Positions 33,501-44,002 of a stretch of 64,000 nt of DNA are shown in pieces. Source of the DNA: Colwellia polaris (GTDB lineage Archaea > Nanohalarchaeota > Nanosalinia > Nanosalinales > Nanosalinaceae). The notes beneath the pieces are model-generated. The model was not told where the DNA came from. It did not search any database and saw nothing but the letters and a program-made list of their open reading frames with translations. The position numbers and the translations under genes were made by a program. The stretch is taken from contig JBLGBK010000002.1 of NCBI GenBank assembly GCA_047617785.1, positions 1-64,000 on the forward strand, in the 5' to 3' direction. The stretch's first letter is position 1, and each line of letters opens with the position of its first letter.

Positions 33501-36500
33501 CTAAACTTAAGCTTTGGAAACGATAACCACGTCTCCTGTAACGCAACCATTGGTCCTGATCTAACTACCGTAGGCTACGGAGGAAGTAATTCTCCTCAGG
33601 CGACATTTAAGTTCAATTTCACGGATAACGACGGTTACACTGTCGGAACCATAAACCAGACAGAAACACTTCCGAACAACCAGCCAATCATCCTGAAAAC
33701 TAACCAGGAGGGCTCCTCAACAGACCACAGCTTCAATTTCTCAGCAGTAGCGAAGGATCAAGATGGTTCAGGAGACATCACCTCTTGCACAGTATACGCA
33801 GAGGACAATGATGGAAACCAGTATACAGCAAGTAATCTCAACACCTCATATGGAACCAGCACACAGGCATCATGTAACGCAACTATTTCGAGCTCCATAA
33901 ACGGTCTGGAAGTGGGAGAAGACATTCAGATGTACGCAGATTTCACCGATGTAGCAGGTACAACCTCATCGACCGCCATCTACACGCAGTCAATCCCTAA
34001 TCACAATCCAGAAATCGAGAGCGGTCCTAATCTTGAGAAAGTTTCAGGAGAACATGCCTTCAGCGTCTCAGCTGTAGCTTCGGACACTGATTCTGGAAGT
34101 TCTGAAATCAACTCATGCACAGTATACGCAGAAGATGGAGACGGAAACACCAAGGTTTTCTCAGGTTCAGGCCTTGTAGATCAAAGCTACGGAACAACAG
34201 ACCAGGCAAGCTGCAATACCTCCATAAGTAATTCTATAGAGAACTTCACTGTAGGGGAATCTATCACTGTTGACGTCAGCTTCTCTGATAAGCACGGAGC
34301 ACAGACAACAAACAACACTGGTACGAAAACAATACCTAACACGGCTCCAAGCAAACCCACAAACCTAAACATGACATACTTCCTACAAAACAACGCAGAT
34401 ATAAACCACGTAATAGACCACACACCAAAGATAAACTGGACCAATCCAACAGACCCAGAAGGAGACGCTATTACGATTAAAGCCTATACCGAGTCTTCAG
34501 CTAATCCTAACCAGCTGGACAACCAAACTAATTCAAGTTCAAGGCTAACTCTCGGGCAGAACATAGGTCTTAACGATGGAACCAGCTACAATGTAAGCCT
34601 TAGAGCATGCGATCCTTACAGCTGCAGCAACTACACCAACAACACAGAATTCACAATGAATGAAGAACCTTCTATCGAATCAGTAAGTCTGAATTACTCA
34701 AGCGTGACGGGAAGCGACTCTGTCAAACTGCAGGCAAACATTACCGACACAGACGATATTGACTCGGCGAACTACACATTATACAACCAGAGCTCGGGCG
34801 ACTTGATATATTCCAACAGTGAAGGGACTCTATCAGACCAGCTCTGGAACTCTGACTCCTTCGAAGTGCTCGCAGGAAACACTTACAACTGGACATTAAA
34901 GACCTCAGACGGATACCAAACAAGTAGCACAACAGGAACTTTCAGCGTATCAAACAGTCCTCCAGAAATACTTGAACCTCTTAATACTAGTGAATACTCC
35001 AATGCACATAAATTCAACGTATCAGCAGTAGCCTACGAACCTGATGGAGAAGTAAATATCAACAAATTCAACATAACACTTAATGATGGAGACGGAAACC
35101 AAGTCACATTCACAGAAAACGTGACAAAAAGCTACGGAAACAGTAGCGAAGTTGCAGCAAACTTCTCAAACGTAAACAGCTCGATTACCAGTGGATTTGA
35201 AATAAACGAAGAAATCAGCGTATCTATCAAATTCATCGACAAAGGTGGTAAAACAGCCTCGACCTCCGGAAACCAGAGAATACCGAACCAAGTTCCCGAG
35301 GTACCTCAGAACTTAAACATGACATACTTCCTACAAAACAACGCAGATATAAACCACGTAATAGACCACACACCAAAGATAAACTGGACTAATCCAACAG
35401 ACCCCGAGAATGATTCCGTAACCATCAAGGCTTATACAGGTCAGTCATCCCGCCCTACATCACCAGACAACAGCCTGAACCTGGGAAGCAACTACAGCAA
35501 CTCAGCAAGTCTAGACTTAGGTAACAGTGTAAGTCTAAGTGATGGAACCAGCTACAATGTAACTTTGATCGCATGTGATGATTACGGATGCAGCTCCAGA
35601 TCTGAAAATATAGAGTTCCACATGAACGAGGAACCAAACATAGAGAATACAGCACTCAACGACTCAAGCCCAACAGGAAGCGACTTCGTCAAACTACTAT
35701 CAAATGTGACAGATAACGAAGATTCAATTTCAGATGTTGCGTTTACGGTCTGGAATACAGATTCGAACAACAAAATAATTTCAAAGGAGCAGGGAGAGAA
35801 AATTGAGGGAGAATGGAATTCAAAAGAGTTTGAAGTCTTCGCATCCACCTCTTACAACTGGACAGTCAACGCAACAGACGGATACCAATACACTCTAGAC
35901 ACCGGAACCTTCAATGTCCCGAACAGCGGGCCTTCGATGGTATCAGGACCAAGCTTCCAGGACTATCAAGAAGGGCATAAATTCAACGTATCAGCAGTCG
36001 CAAAAGACGTTGACGGACAGGAAAACCTCGCCAACTACACAATACAGCTGGACGACGGAGAACAAACATATGAATATACAAAAGACGTGACCAGAAACTT
36101 TGGTAGCTCCAATGAGGTCGCAGCAAACTTCTCAAACGTAAACACCTCAATAGAAGGATTTGAAGTTGGAGAAACAATCTTCGTAACCTTAATATTCCGA
36201 GATAAATCTGGAGAAACCGCACAGAACTTTGAAAGTAATACTATACCCAACCATAAGCCCTCTTCAGCCTCAGAAATCAACATGGTAGAGCTACTAGAGC
36301 CGGGTACAGATCTACAGCACGTGATCGATCAGCAGCCAGAGATAAAATTTACAGCGCCCTCAGACCCTGACAAAGATAATATCACCTTCAGCATCTTCAC
36401 CGAATCCTCCTCTAACCCCTCACAACTAGACCGAGAAGTACTGATAACAGAAAATAACTACAGTAAAAGCCAGGAGATCGAGATAGGAAACCAGGTAAAC

Positions 36501-39500
36501 CTCAACGATGGAATTAGCTACAACTTCTCAGTTCAGGCCTGCGATCAATTCGGAAGCTGCACAACGAAAAGAAACATACAGGAGTTCCACACAAATCAGG
36601 AACCAACATTCAACTCTGTGGAGCTCAACAAATCAAGTTCAAATCTTGCAGATGGCGATAAAGTCCATCTTAAAGCCAATATTTCAGATGCAGAATCAGA
36701 TAGTATCGACTGGGCAAACTTCACAGTATACAATCAGACTGACAACGACAGACTAATCGACTCACTTAATGGATCAATAAACCAGAACGGAACCTGGATA
36801 TCAGATACATGGACCGTATCCACAGGAACGACCTACAACTGGACAGTCAACGCAACAGACGGATATGAAACCTCAGATACCTCAGGAACCTTCAAAACAA
36901 ACAATTCAAACCCCGAGATAGTTTCAGGACCAAGCTTCGATAATCTAGAAGGTAGACATGCCTTCGATGTGTCCGCAGTGGTCAGCGACGCAGACGGAGA
37001 AACAGATCTTGCAGATTATACGCTCATCCTAGAAGACGGAGACGGGAACCAGAAAACAATCGAGAAATCCATAACCAACACCGGTTATGGAAACTCAAAC
37101 GAAGCCACAATAAATTATTCAAGCGTGAACACTTCGATAAGCAACTTCCAAGTCAACGATGAGATACAGGCCACAATCACGGTAAGAGATACCTCAGGGG
37201 CTTCAGCCCAGACGCCGACAGAATCAAATACGATACCTAACACAGCTCCAAGCAAACCCACAAACCTAAACATGACATACTTCCTACAAAACAACGCAGA
37301 TATAAACCACGTAATAGATCAAACTCCGGAGATAAACTGGACTAATCCAACAGACCCCGAGAATGATTCCGTAACCATCAAGGCTTACACAGGACCTTCT
37401 CTGACGCCCACAAATCTCGACAACAGCATCTCAGGAGACAACAAGCTTTCGCTTGGACAAGAAGTCGAGATATTGGATGGGGATACCTACAATGTAAGAC
37501 TTCAGGCATGCGACCCCTACGAATGCAGCAGCTATACCAGCAATATCGAGTTCACAATGAACCAGGAACCTTTCATTGAAAGCGTGAAAGCTAACACCTC
37601 TCAAATAACTGGTTCAGACCAGATAAAGCTCGAAGCGAATATAACAGACAATCAAGACAGCATCAAGTGGGCAAACTTCACAGTATACAATCAGACTTCA
37701 GGAGAACTACTATTCCAGAACAAGAAAGGAACTCTAAACTCCGAACTCTGGACCTCAGAATCTTGGGAGACAAGATCTGACACGACCTACAACTGGACAG
37801 TCAACGCAACAGACGGATATCAGACAACCTATACTACCGGAACAATCACAGTAAACAACCAGCAACCAGACATAACAGATCTTTCCACAGAAAATTACCA
37901 AAATGGTCACAAGTTTAACATCTCAGCTACAGCAACAGATGCAGACGGTGCGATAAACATAGATCAATTCAATATAACATTAAGTGACGGAGACGGAAAC
38001 CACGAGGATATAAGGGCCTCAGTAAACCGCGACTTCGGAACTGAAAATCAGGCCGCACTCAATTACTCCAATATCAACGCTTCATACTTCCCTGACTTCG
38101 AAGTCGAGGAGACTCTCAGCATAGATGTAGAGGTTATCGACAGATCAGGAAGCTCATCAACATCATCTACAGAGAGCGCAATACCTAACCACGCGCCTAA
38201 CCTACCACAGAACCTTGAACTTGAAGTCGGAAACAAGAATTACGTGGTAAACCACAGCTTCAAGATCAATTGGACCGCACCCTCCGACAGCGATAACGAC
38301 AACCTCACAGTAAGGGCACACCTTGGAACCGATCAAGACCCGCTCACAGTAGAAAACAGCACCTCAATTACGCCGGGTAACTATGGAGAGGTAGACGAAC
38401 TTATCCTAGGAGGTAACAATGTTAATCTCCAGGACAACCAGGATTACAATATAGATCTGGTTGCGTGCGATAATTGGAGCTGTACATCTAGAGACACGAA
38501 TGCATCATTCCACATGAACCAAGAACCAAGGGTAGAATCAGTAAGACTCAATGAATCAGTAACAGAAGAAGCAGAATGGATCAAACTAATAGCGAATGTA
38601 ACACCAACAGACAATCCTATAAACGCAGCATTCTACGAAATCTGGAATCAGAGCTCACCACAACAACTTGTAGATGAAAAAATAGGATCAAGCGATGGAA
38701 AAACTTGGAATTCATCTAATTTCTACGGTAAATCGCTGCAGACCTACAACTGGACTTTCACAGCGAGCGACAGCTACGAAAACACAACATTAATGGACGT
38801 ATTCGACGTAGGGAACGCAGATCCAGAAATAACGAGAAGCATACAAACCTCAGACTTGAGCGATGAACACGGCTTCAATATCTCTATGAAAGTGAGAGAC
38901 CTAAACGGAGACAACGATCTCGCCAACTACACAGTAATAGCAGATGATGGAAACGGCAATACTCACCGCTACAAAGGAACATTCGCAGAAAATGGAGACG
39001 AATATGCATGGGCTAATTATTCGAACATAAACTCGAGTATTCCAGATTTTGAAGTAGGAGAAACGATATCTGTACAGATAATCGCAAGAGACCAGCATAA
39101 TCTGAAAGCATATTCTTCAACAGTATCGAACACAATACCTAATAGACAGCCTGTAATAACAGATATCAAACTGAAACCAGATAATCCTACGACAGAAGAC
39201 ACCCTGAACATCACCTATAAGGCCGAGGATCCAGAAAACGACACAATTACCAACAGCTTCTACGAATGGACCTCCAACTCATCCACCGTGTCCTCAAAGA
39301 TAGTCTCACCGACAGAAACTTCAAAAGACCAGCACTGGAATCTGAGTCTTCAGATAGTAGACGAGTACAACACATTAAGCCAAGAAAACACTTCACAGGA
39401 AACACTTGTAATCCAGAACTCTCCACCAGAAATCGCAAGAGCTCAAGAAGTAGAAAATGTAAGCAGAGAACATGCATACACAGTTTCAGCAATAGTTCAG

Positions 39501-42500
39501 GATCCAAATGGGGAAACAGACCTCGATGCCAACTGCGAAGTAACCGTAGAACATGAGACAAACAGCACAACAGCAACAAAGGCTATAGATACATCTTACT
39601 CCGGATCAGAAAAAGCCAAATGCGCCTACACAGTAAGCGCAGAAGATAAAAGCTGGATAAAACCAGGAGAAAAAGTAAACACAACCTTCAAGTTCACCGA
39701 TCAGAGCTCAGGAACTACAAGCACCAGTAAGAAGTCTGCAGAAGTTCCTAACAGAAAACCAAAAGTAACAGAACTAACAGCGCCATCTAACAACTCAGAA
39801 ACCAACAAGACAGAACTCAAATTTGATTGGAAAGCTCAGGACCCTGAGAAAGACAACCTAGAATACAAACTGAAAATATTCAATGAAACAGAAAATATAA
39901 TTACAGAAAAAGGTCTCACAAAGTCAGAAAAAGCTATTAGCAGCCTTCAGAGCTCAAATATAAAATGGCAGGTCACAGCCACAGATATCTACGGTGGGGA
40001 AACACTTTCATCTAGCACCTCCGAAAACTCAACAGTAGTTGTAGACTCAAAAGCTCCAGAAATTGTTGAAGGTCCAGCCATAGAGGTTATAAACTCTTCC
40101 AGAGATTACCCGCAACAAAATCAATCTGTAAAATGCTACTCGCGATGGCAGGACAACTTTGAACTAGGTAGCGCAAAAATATACGAAAACGCTACAGAGA
40201 CCAACCACACCATAACATCTAGCGACTTCAGTTCAGGATGGGCGAACGTAACAATCGCTGCAGGAGATCTAGAGGCCGGCAAGATAAGCTGCACCACCTA
40301 TGCTTCAGATCATCTCGACAATAAAGCATCAGACAGCAACACCTTCGAGGTAGAGGACATAGAGAAACCAAATATGACCGACTTCGATTACAGCCCTAAG
40401 ACTCCTGAAAAACTCGACCCCCAGAACCCTGTGGAAGTCAGCGCAAAGATAACCGACAACCTGAAGATAGAAAATGTTTCTCTTCTCTACCGTAAAGAAA
40501 ACGAGGAGAGCTGGAACTACGGCAACATAACGAATTCTGGAGATCTCTACACAGGAAACTTCACTCCTCAAACAGATAGTGCGACATACGACTTCAGACT
40601 CAAAGCTGTTGATACATATAATAACACCGAGGTTAGGAAAGCCTCCGTTAATGTAAGCTGGGATTATACCTGGAGCGGCTCACCTTCCGAATACAGCGGT
40701 TCAAGCACACTACAGGATAATTTAGTTGATTATACGCCGATAAAGATAGAGAATACTGGCGATTTCCCTCTCAAATACAACATAACTGCCGATACCGAAT
40801 CTAACCTGAACCTTAATATAGGAGATAGAGAATTTATCATCCCCTCCTCCGAATCAAAATCAATAAGTGTTGAAGCAAGTTTAGAAGAGAACAACGCTGA
40901 TGACGAAGGTATATACTCCTTCGATATAACTGTAAACTCTGAAAACACAACTGCTAACCCTTCACAGGGAACTATAGAAAGTCAGGCAACTTTCACTCTA
41001 GATGCCCCGTTCCTATCAATGGAGAAAGCTTCAAAATTCCCACTATCAGCATCGCAGGGAACAACAGGCGTTGAACTTCCTGTAGATACCACCAACGTAG
41101 GTACACAGTCAGCAGAAGGAGGCAGCATAAGCTACGAAATCCCAACCTCCTGGGAATTAAGCAGCGGAAACCTCAACCAAGAACTTGGAGATATGAATGT
41201 TGACGAGACAGAAACCTCGAGCATCAGTGTCAACATACCCGGAGATACTTCTACAGGAACTAAACAAATAAACATGACTGCAACCACCACAAACAGAACC
41301 TTTAGTCAAAGCTTCCAGATAGATATCACAGAGAATGAGACAACCACAATTGTCGAAGACGGTGGTGGAGGAGGCTTCGGAGGAGGTTCCGGCCCGACTT
41401 CACAAGAACAGGTTGAACAACGTTCAGATCAGATTTTCAACACCAGCGAAAGCTTTGAAATTGTAAGAGGAGAAGACCAGAACTTCACAGTTCGTTTCCA
41501 GAACCCTACAAAATTCAACCTCACCAATATAACCGCAAACGTTGAGGGAATCCAGTCTCAATACCTCCAACTAGAAAACCCATATCTTGGAAGAGTGAAT
41601 ATAAACGAATCAAAGAACATCACCGTGAAGATAACCGCCCCAGAATACTTCCAAACCGGCAATTACAACTTGAATTTCAACATCACCGGAAAAGGCATCG
41701 ACGGACAAGGCGCATTTGCAGACCATTTCGGTTTCACACTGAACAAGGATATATCTCTCGGAGTAAGAGCTATTCCACGACAGAATGCCTCCACCTACCT
41801 TAATGAAACCAAAGAAATTCTCAATCAGATGAATAGAAGCAACCTAAGAACAAGCGAGATTGAAGAGCTTATCAGCGAGGCAGAGAACAATATCGAATCC
41901 GGAAACTATGCAGAAGTGCAGAAAAGCTATCAAGAAGCACAGTCAAGATACCAGACTGCCCAAGAAACACGCCAAGGCCTGACAGAGCTTGAAAGCCAGA
42001 TTAATTCAGCTGAAGCATCAGGACTCGATGTCGGACGCGCTCGACAGGTCGCAAGCCTAGCAGAGGCAGCCATGGAAAGAGGTGCGTACACAACAGCTGC
42101 CGATAGGCTGGAGGAAGCTCAGAACATCTACCAGTTGGAGACTGCGGGAGAAGTTAACTGGATCTATGAGATCCGGTCCAATTGGAAGAAGATACTATCC
42201 GGACTAATCATAATAGGAATAGCCGGATTCTTGGCGCGACTAAGGTATCGACTCTACAGAATCAGAAGCAGACTGAAAGATCTCAAGTCAAAGGAGAAGA
42301 ACATAGAAGACCTCAAAATACAGAAACAGAAGAAAGCATTCGAAGAGAAAGATATCTCGCTTTCAGAATACGAGGATAGCATAGAGGACTACAACAACCA
42401 GATTATCGAAATAATCGAAGAACGTGTCGCATTACAGGCGGAAGAAGCTAATATAAGCAACTTCAAGAGACGCAACAGCCTAGCGCAGGAGAGAGATCGT

Positions 42501-42722
42501 CTCAACGAACTTATCAGAGAGACACAACAAGACTATATCAAAGGAAATATCAGCGACACAGACGTATATGAGAAGAAAGTTGAAGAGTTAACCGGCCGGC
42601 TTTCAGAGATTGAAGGAGAAATAGCGGAGATAGATGCAGAGGCAGAAGTAAGATCAGAGAGCCGCCTAGGTCGGATAATGGAGAAAATACCGATAATTTC
42701 AACAGGAGGTAAAGTGCAGTGA
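30534..42722 (+). CDS. Giant (4062 aa) cell-surface adhesin-like glycoprotein: signal peptide, LamG/ConA-like and beta-propeller head, repeated Ig/FnIII-like modules, helical stalk, TM, cytoplasmic coiled coil
   Basis: N-terminal signal; FWRLD...FTINTWV...IDEVRVYN (LamG); DxDxDG Ca-binding loops; five ~320-aa modules with ACDxxxC; very many N-x-S/T sequons; TM ILSGLIIIGIAGFLA near 42190-42240. Confidence 0.88.
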   Translation: MKEKKSLIIALTGILIIPLALTASTTLSKQSDWQEGVFKQSTVDREDNSGILGIGYENGTLEDRLKGFWRLDKTTGDVIDYSEEGNSGEAYGADRSTEGILGTKGTRFEGSADEIVIPDDSSLDLSEGFTINTWVQGNEILEVEPSMSSNPEIFSKGNSYRLTIQNENYIAFSQNSNLKLMNSTGHITNLGVDTKVIGPLSDYDRDGLIDIPYVDGSGNLKIINKNGNTQNLESGAKTSSSTLGTGDLDRDGRKEIYYIDSSTSEITGYNFSSGTSSPVGAGIKSTAISGVADYDGDGNKDLVFLDSAQTINWYDGSSVQSTGLSIAGSSSYQYWIGGTTGPGVGKYASSWTDLSGEANSPTNSIYSGTYNGKAYYLGGGSGEVTRWDGSFTDISPSSSNSINAISSRSSEVMAVAGTDIFLYDTSQGSWTQPTTVDASVDSASNSYSSTNIGDFWLLGHGRTNQPGGVKSYVSTFDGSTVNYIDGGFSSTVTAIDFNGNKYLTGSNNGRLATYDGTNWNQINQNSIGTVHSIKWGTINGDSFWLVGGSNGNVLKVQEDGTTTTLSTGFGNSVSSIGYSGDNEKFLLGDGNGNVANYTSNGLQQTSQNVFSNSIRTMMYNPASSRKKMGEPSDLDNDDEVEVPIVTEGSDLALIPSSGSTNVIDSSYGSAKASPLGTVDWTGNPSEEIIHINTNSDTLYLSDISGNEQSITDSGENQVTGIEQSTGISSGSMPQGIPVLQINGQKVLNTGGQPLNPDNWTMITAKYDASTESAELYFNSTLIDSKTVNLGTVNPNSKDFKIANGKLNATIDEVRVYNESVTSSQIDRLFFNGTDGQFDGAYNSTIVNPEGKKSWSQFMIDANESPGTSVSGTVYSLDDANNILNAQSITINDGKTNYSISTLPNSKKIKFSFDGYSSDIQKTWEIFETRIYYEDSLKAGNITSSDYKNKHKFNISATAREADSNSNINGCSAYYTTDSLEGYFAVDGTTLNLSFGNDNHVSCNATIGPDLTTVGYGGSNSPQATFKFNFTDNDGYTVGTINQTETLPNNQPIILKTNQEGSSTDHSFNFSAVAKDQDGSGDITSCTVYAEDNDGNQYTASNLNTSYGTSTQASCNATISSSINGLEVGEDIQMYADFTDVAGTTSSTAIYTQSIPNHNPEIESGPNLEKVSGEHAFSVSAVASDTDSGSSEINSCTVYAEDGDGNTKVFSGSGLVDQSYGTTDQASCNTSISNSIENFTVGESITVDVSFSDKHGAQTTNNTGTKTIPNTAPSKPTNLNMTYFLQNNADINHVIDHTPKINWTNPTDPEGDAITIKAYTESSANPNQLDNQTNSSSRLTLGQNIGLNDGTSYNVSLRACDPYSCSNYTNNTEFTMNEEPSIESVSLNYSSVTGSDSVKLQANITDTDDIDSANYTLYNQSSGDLIYSNSEGTLSDQLWNSDSFEVLAGNTYNWTLKTSDGYQTSSTTGTFSVSNSPPEILEPLNTSEYSNAHKFNVSAVAYEPDGEVNINKFNITLNDGDGNQVTFTENVTKSYGNSSEVAANFSNVNSSITSGFEINEEISVSIKFIDKGGKTASTSGNQRIPNQVPEVPQNLNMTYFLQNNADINHVIDHTPKINWTNPTDPENDSVTIKAYTGQSSRPTSPDNSLNLGSNYSNSASLDLGNSVSLSDGTSYNVTLIACDDYGCSSRSENIEFHMNEEPNIENTALNDSSPTGSDFVKLLSNVTDNEDSISDVAFTVWNTDSNNKIISKEQGEKIEGEWNSKEFEVFASTSYNWTVNATDGYQYTLDTGTFNVPNSGPSMVSGPSFQDYQEGHKFNVSAVAKDVDGQENLANYTIQLDDGEQTYEYTKDVTRNFGSSNEVAANFSNVNTSIEGFEVGETIFVTLIFRDKSGETAQNFESNTIPNHKPSSASEINMVELLEPGTDLQHVIDQQPEIKFTAPSDPDKDNITFSIFTESSSNPSQLDREVLITENNYSKSQEIEIGNQVNLNDGISYNFSVQACDQFGSCTTKRNIQEFHTNQEPTFNSVELNKSSSNLADGDKVHLKANISDAESDSIDWANFTVYNQTDNDRLIDSLNGSINQNGTWISDTWTVSTGTTYNWTVNATDGYETSDTSGTFKTNNSNPEIVSGPSFDNLEGRHAFDVSAVVSDADGETDLADYTLILEDGDGNQKTIEKSITNTGYGNSNEATINYSSVNTSISNFQVNDEIQATITVRDTSGASAQTPTESNTIPNTAPSKPTNLNMTYFLQNNADINHVIDQTPEINWTNPTDPENDSVTIKAYTGPSLTPTNLDNSISGDNKLSLGQEVEILDGDTYNVRLQACDPYECSSYTSNIEFTMNQEPFIESVKANTSQITGSDQIKLEANITDNQDSIKWANFTVYNQTSGELLFQNKKGTLNSELWTSESWETRSDTTYNWTVNATDGYQTTYTTGTITVNNQQPDITDLSTENYQNGHKFNISATATDADGAINIDQFNITLSDGDGNHEDIRASVNRDFGTENQAALNYSNINASYFPDFEVEETLSIDVEVIDRSGSSSTSSTESAIPNHAPNLPQNLELEVGNKNYVVNHSFKINWTAPSDSDNDNLTVRAHLGTDQDPLTVENSTSITPGNYGEVDELILGGNNVNLQDNQDYNIDLVACDNWSCTSRDTNASFHMNQEPRVESVRLNESVTEEAEWIKLIANVTPTDNPINAAFYEIWNQSSPQQLVDEKIGSSDGKTWNSSNFYGKSLQTYNWTFTASDSYENTTLMDVFDVGNADPEITRSIQTSDLSDEHGFNISMKVRDLNGDNDLANYTVIADDGNGNTHRYKGTFAENGDEYAWANYSNINSSIPDFEVGETISVQIIARDQHNLKAYSSTVSNTIPNRQPVITDIKLKPDNPTTEDTLNITYKAEDPENDTITNSFYEWTSNSSTVSSKIVSPTETSKDQHWNLSLQIVDEYNTLSQENTSQETLVIQNSPPEIARAQEVENVSREHAYTVSAIVQDPNGETDLDANCEVTVEHETNSTTATKAIDTSYSGSEKAKCAYTVSAEDKSWIKPGEKVNTTFKFTDQSSGTTSTSKKSAEVPNRKPKVTELTAPSNNSETNKTELKFDWKAQDPEKDNLEYKLKIFNETENIITEKGLTKSEKAISSLQSSNIKWQVTATDIYGGETLSSSTSENSTVVVDSKAPEIVEGPAIEVINSSRDYPQQNQSVKCYSRWQDNFELGSAKIYENATETNHTITSSDFSSGWANVTIAAGDLEAGKISCTTYASDHLDNKASDSNTFEVEDIEKPNMTDFDYSPKTPEKLDPQNPVEVSAKITDNLKIENVSLLYRKENEESWNYGNITNSGDLYTGNFTPQTDSATYDFRLKAVDTYNNTEVRKASVNVSWDYTWSGSPSEYSGSSTLQDNLVDYTPIKIENTGDFPLKYNITADTESNLNLNIGDREFIIPSSESKSISVEASLEENNADDEGIYSFDITVNSENTTANPSQGTIESQATFTLDAPFLSMEKASKFPLSASQGTTGVELPVDTTNVGTQSAEGGSISYEIPTSWELSSGNLNQELGDMNVDETETSSISVNIPGDTSTGTKQINMTATTTNRTFSQSFQIDITENETTTIVEDGGGGGFGGGSGPTSQEQVEQRSDQIFNTSESFEIVRGEDQNFTVRFQNPTKFNLTNITANVEGIQSQYLQLENPYLGRVNINESKNITVKITAPEYFQTGNYNLNFNITGKGIDGQGAFADHFGFTLNKDISLGVRAIPRQNASTYLNETKEILNQMNRSNLRTSEIEELISEAENNIESGNYAEVQKSYQEAQSRYQTAQETRQGLTELESQINSAEASGLDVGRARQVASLAEAAMERGAYTTAADRLEEAQNIYQLETAGEVNWIYEIRSNWKKILSGLIIIGIAGFLARLRYRLYRIRSRLKDLKSKEKNIEDLKIQKQKKAFEEKDISLSEYEDSIEDYNNQIIEIIEERVALQAEEANISNFKRRNSLAQERDRLNELIRETQQDYIKGNISDTDVYEKKVEELTGRLSEIEGEIAEIDAEAEVRSESRLGRIMEKIPIISTGGKVQ
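34332..37387 (+). repeat. Near-exact DNA repeat patches among adhesin modules
   Basis: 34332-34417 vs 37233-37318 (1 mismatch); 34366-34441 = 35314-35389; 35378-35434 = 37331-37387. Confidence 0.9.
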
Positions 42723-44002
42723 AGAAGACAACAATTCTGCTGACACTTGTACTTTTCACAGGCTTAACAACAGCACAGTCAGCGAACGAAACACAGCAAG
42801 CACTTCAACAAGCTGAAAGCGACATCCAGTTGATGGAGGAAGAAGATATACCAACTGAACGAGTTACGAATCTCTTAGAAACAGCGAACAACTCCTATCT
42901 TGCGCAGAGAAACTTTGAGAATGAAGGAGGAACTGCAGATTACTCGCGCGTCAAGGAGCTTACCCAACAGATCAGCGATATACAGGAGAGAGCGATAAGA
43001 GTCTCCGACAGGATAAGCGCACTGGATATGAGATTGAAAGAGCTGGAAAACACAAGCGTCAACCTTTCATCAGCGGAAAACGAACTAAATGCTGCAAAAG
43101 ATGATTTCCAAAGCCAGAGATTTGAGGAGGCGGAGGGTCATGTCGAATCAGGCTATTCAGCGATATCCGAGGCACAGTCCGCACGTACACAGGTAGAGAG
43201 CTTTGCCGCAGCACAGCAGGAAGACATAGTGGCACAGATAAACATATTTATAGATTATCTGAGAGCAAATCCTACTAAAGTCGGCGGAAGCACAGCTCTC
43301 GGACTTCTAGCCATGATATCATTCTGGAAGGAGTTCAACACATATCGACTGATTAAACGAAGAAAGCGGAAAACCGTCAAAGAAGAAGTTCTGGAGCGTT
43401 TGATTACAGACAGCCAAAAAGAGTACTACATGCGGAAAGAAGGCTCACCTATACAGTTCAACACCAAGATGAACCGATTCGAGGATCTACGGAGAAACGT
43501 AGTCGAAGATATCGAAATAATAGATGGTAAACTGGAGAACCGGCACTCTCTACTCTTTGATCCGGAAGAACCTACGCAGGAAGAAGTCGAAATTGATGAA
43601 ACAATAGAAGAATCGGCAGAAACTGAAAAAGAAGAACAAGTGAAGAAAGAACAGGAGCAGCAAAAGCCCGTAGAAGTAATTGATACCGAAGACGAAACTG
43701 AAGATCAAACCGAGGAGGTCAGCGAAAGCAGCAAAAATGAAGAACAGGAAGAAGCTGAAGACACACAGGATATGGATAACGAAGAGAGTGAAGACAAGGA
43801 AGAGGAAAGTGAAGAGAACAACGAGCTAGTATGTGATGAATGTGGCGAAGAATTTGAAACAGAGCGCGGACTTAGCATCCACAGAGAAAGAACTCATGAT
43901 TCAGAGATTCAGGCCGAAGGCGTTGTATGTCCTGTATGCGGAGATGTTTTCGATACTGAAAGAGGCATGCATATCCACAGAGGAGAAGTTCACAAGGATT
44001 AG
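42719..44002 (+). CDS. Membrane protein resembling the adhesin anchor module, with an acidic tail and two C2H2 zinc fingers
   Basis: Signal peptide, helical ectodomain, TM, acidic linker, CDECGEEFETERGLSIHRERTH and CPVCGDVFDTERGMHIHRGEVH; GTGA start/stop overlap with the adhesin gene. Confidence 0.85.
   Translation: MKKTTILLTLVLFTGLTTAQSANETQQALQQAESDIQLMEEEDIPTERVTNLLETANNSYLAQRNFENEGGTADYSRVKELTQQISDIQERAIRVSDRISALDMRLKELENTSVNLSSAENELNAAKDDFQSQRFEEAEGHVESGYSAISEAQSARTQVESFAAAQQEDIVAQINIFIDYLRANPTKVGGSTALGLLAMISFWKEFNTYRLIKRRKRKTVKEEVLERLITDSQKEYYMRKEGSPIQFNTKMNRFEDLRRNVVEDIEIIDGKLENRHSLLFDPEEPTQEEVEIDETIEESAETEKEEQVKKEQEQQKPVEVIDTEDETEDQTEEVSESSKNEEQEEAEDTQDMDNEESEDKEEESEENNELVCDECGEEFETERGLSIHRERTHDSEIQAEGVVCPVCGDVFDTERGMHIHRGEVHKD

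Noticed and set aside
34332-37387. Repeat pairs as diversity-generating retroelement TR/VR
   Set aside because: No adenine-specific mismatch pattern, all copies are in frame within one gene, and there is no reverse transcriptase in the window.
30534-42722. Calling the giant protein a SPEARE-type protein
   Set aside because: I could not see serine-protease or restriction-endonuclease motifs; only adhesin-type domains are supported.
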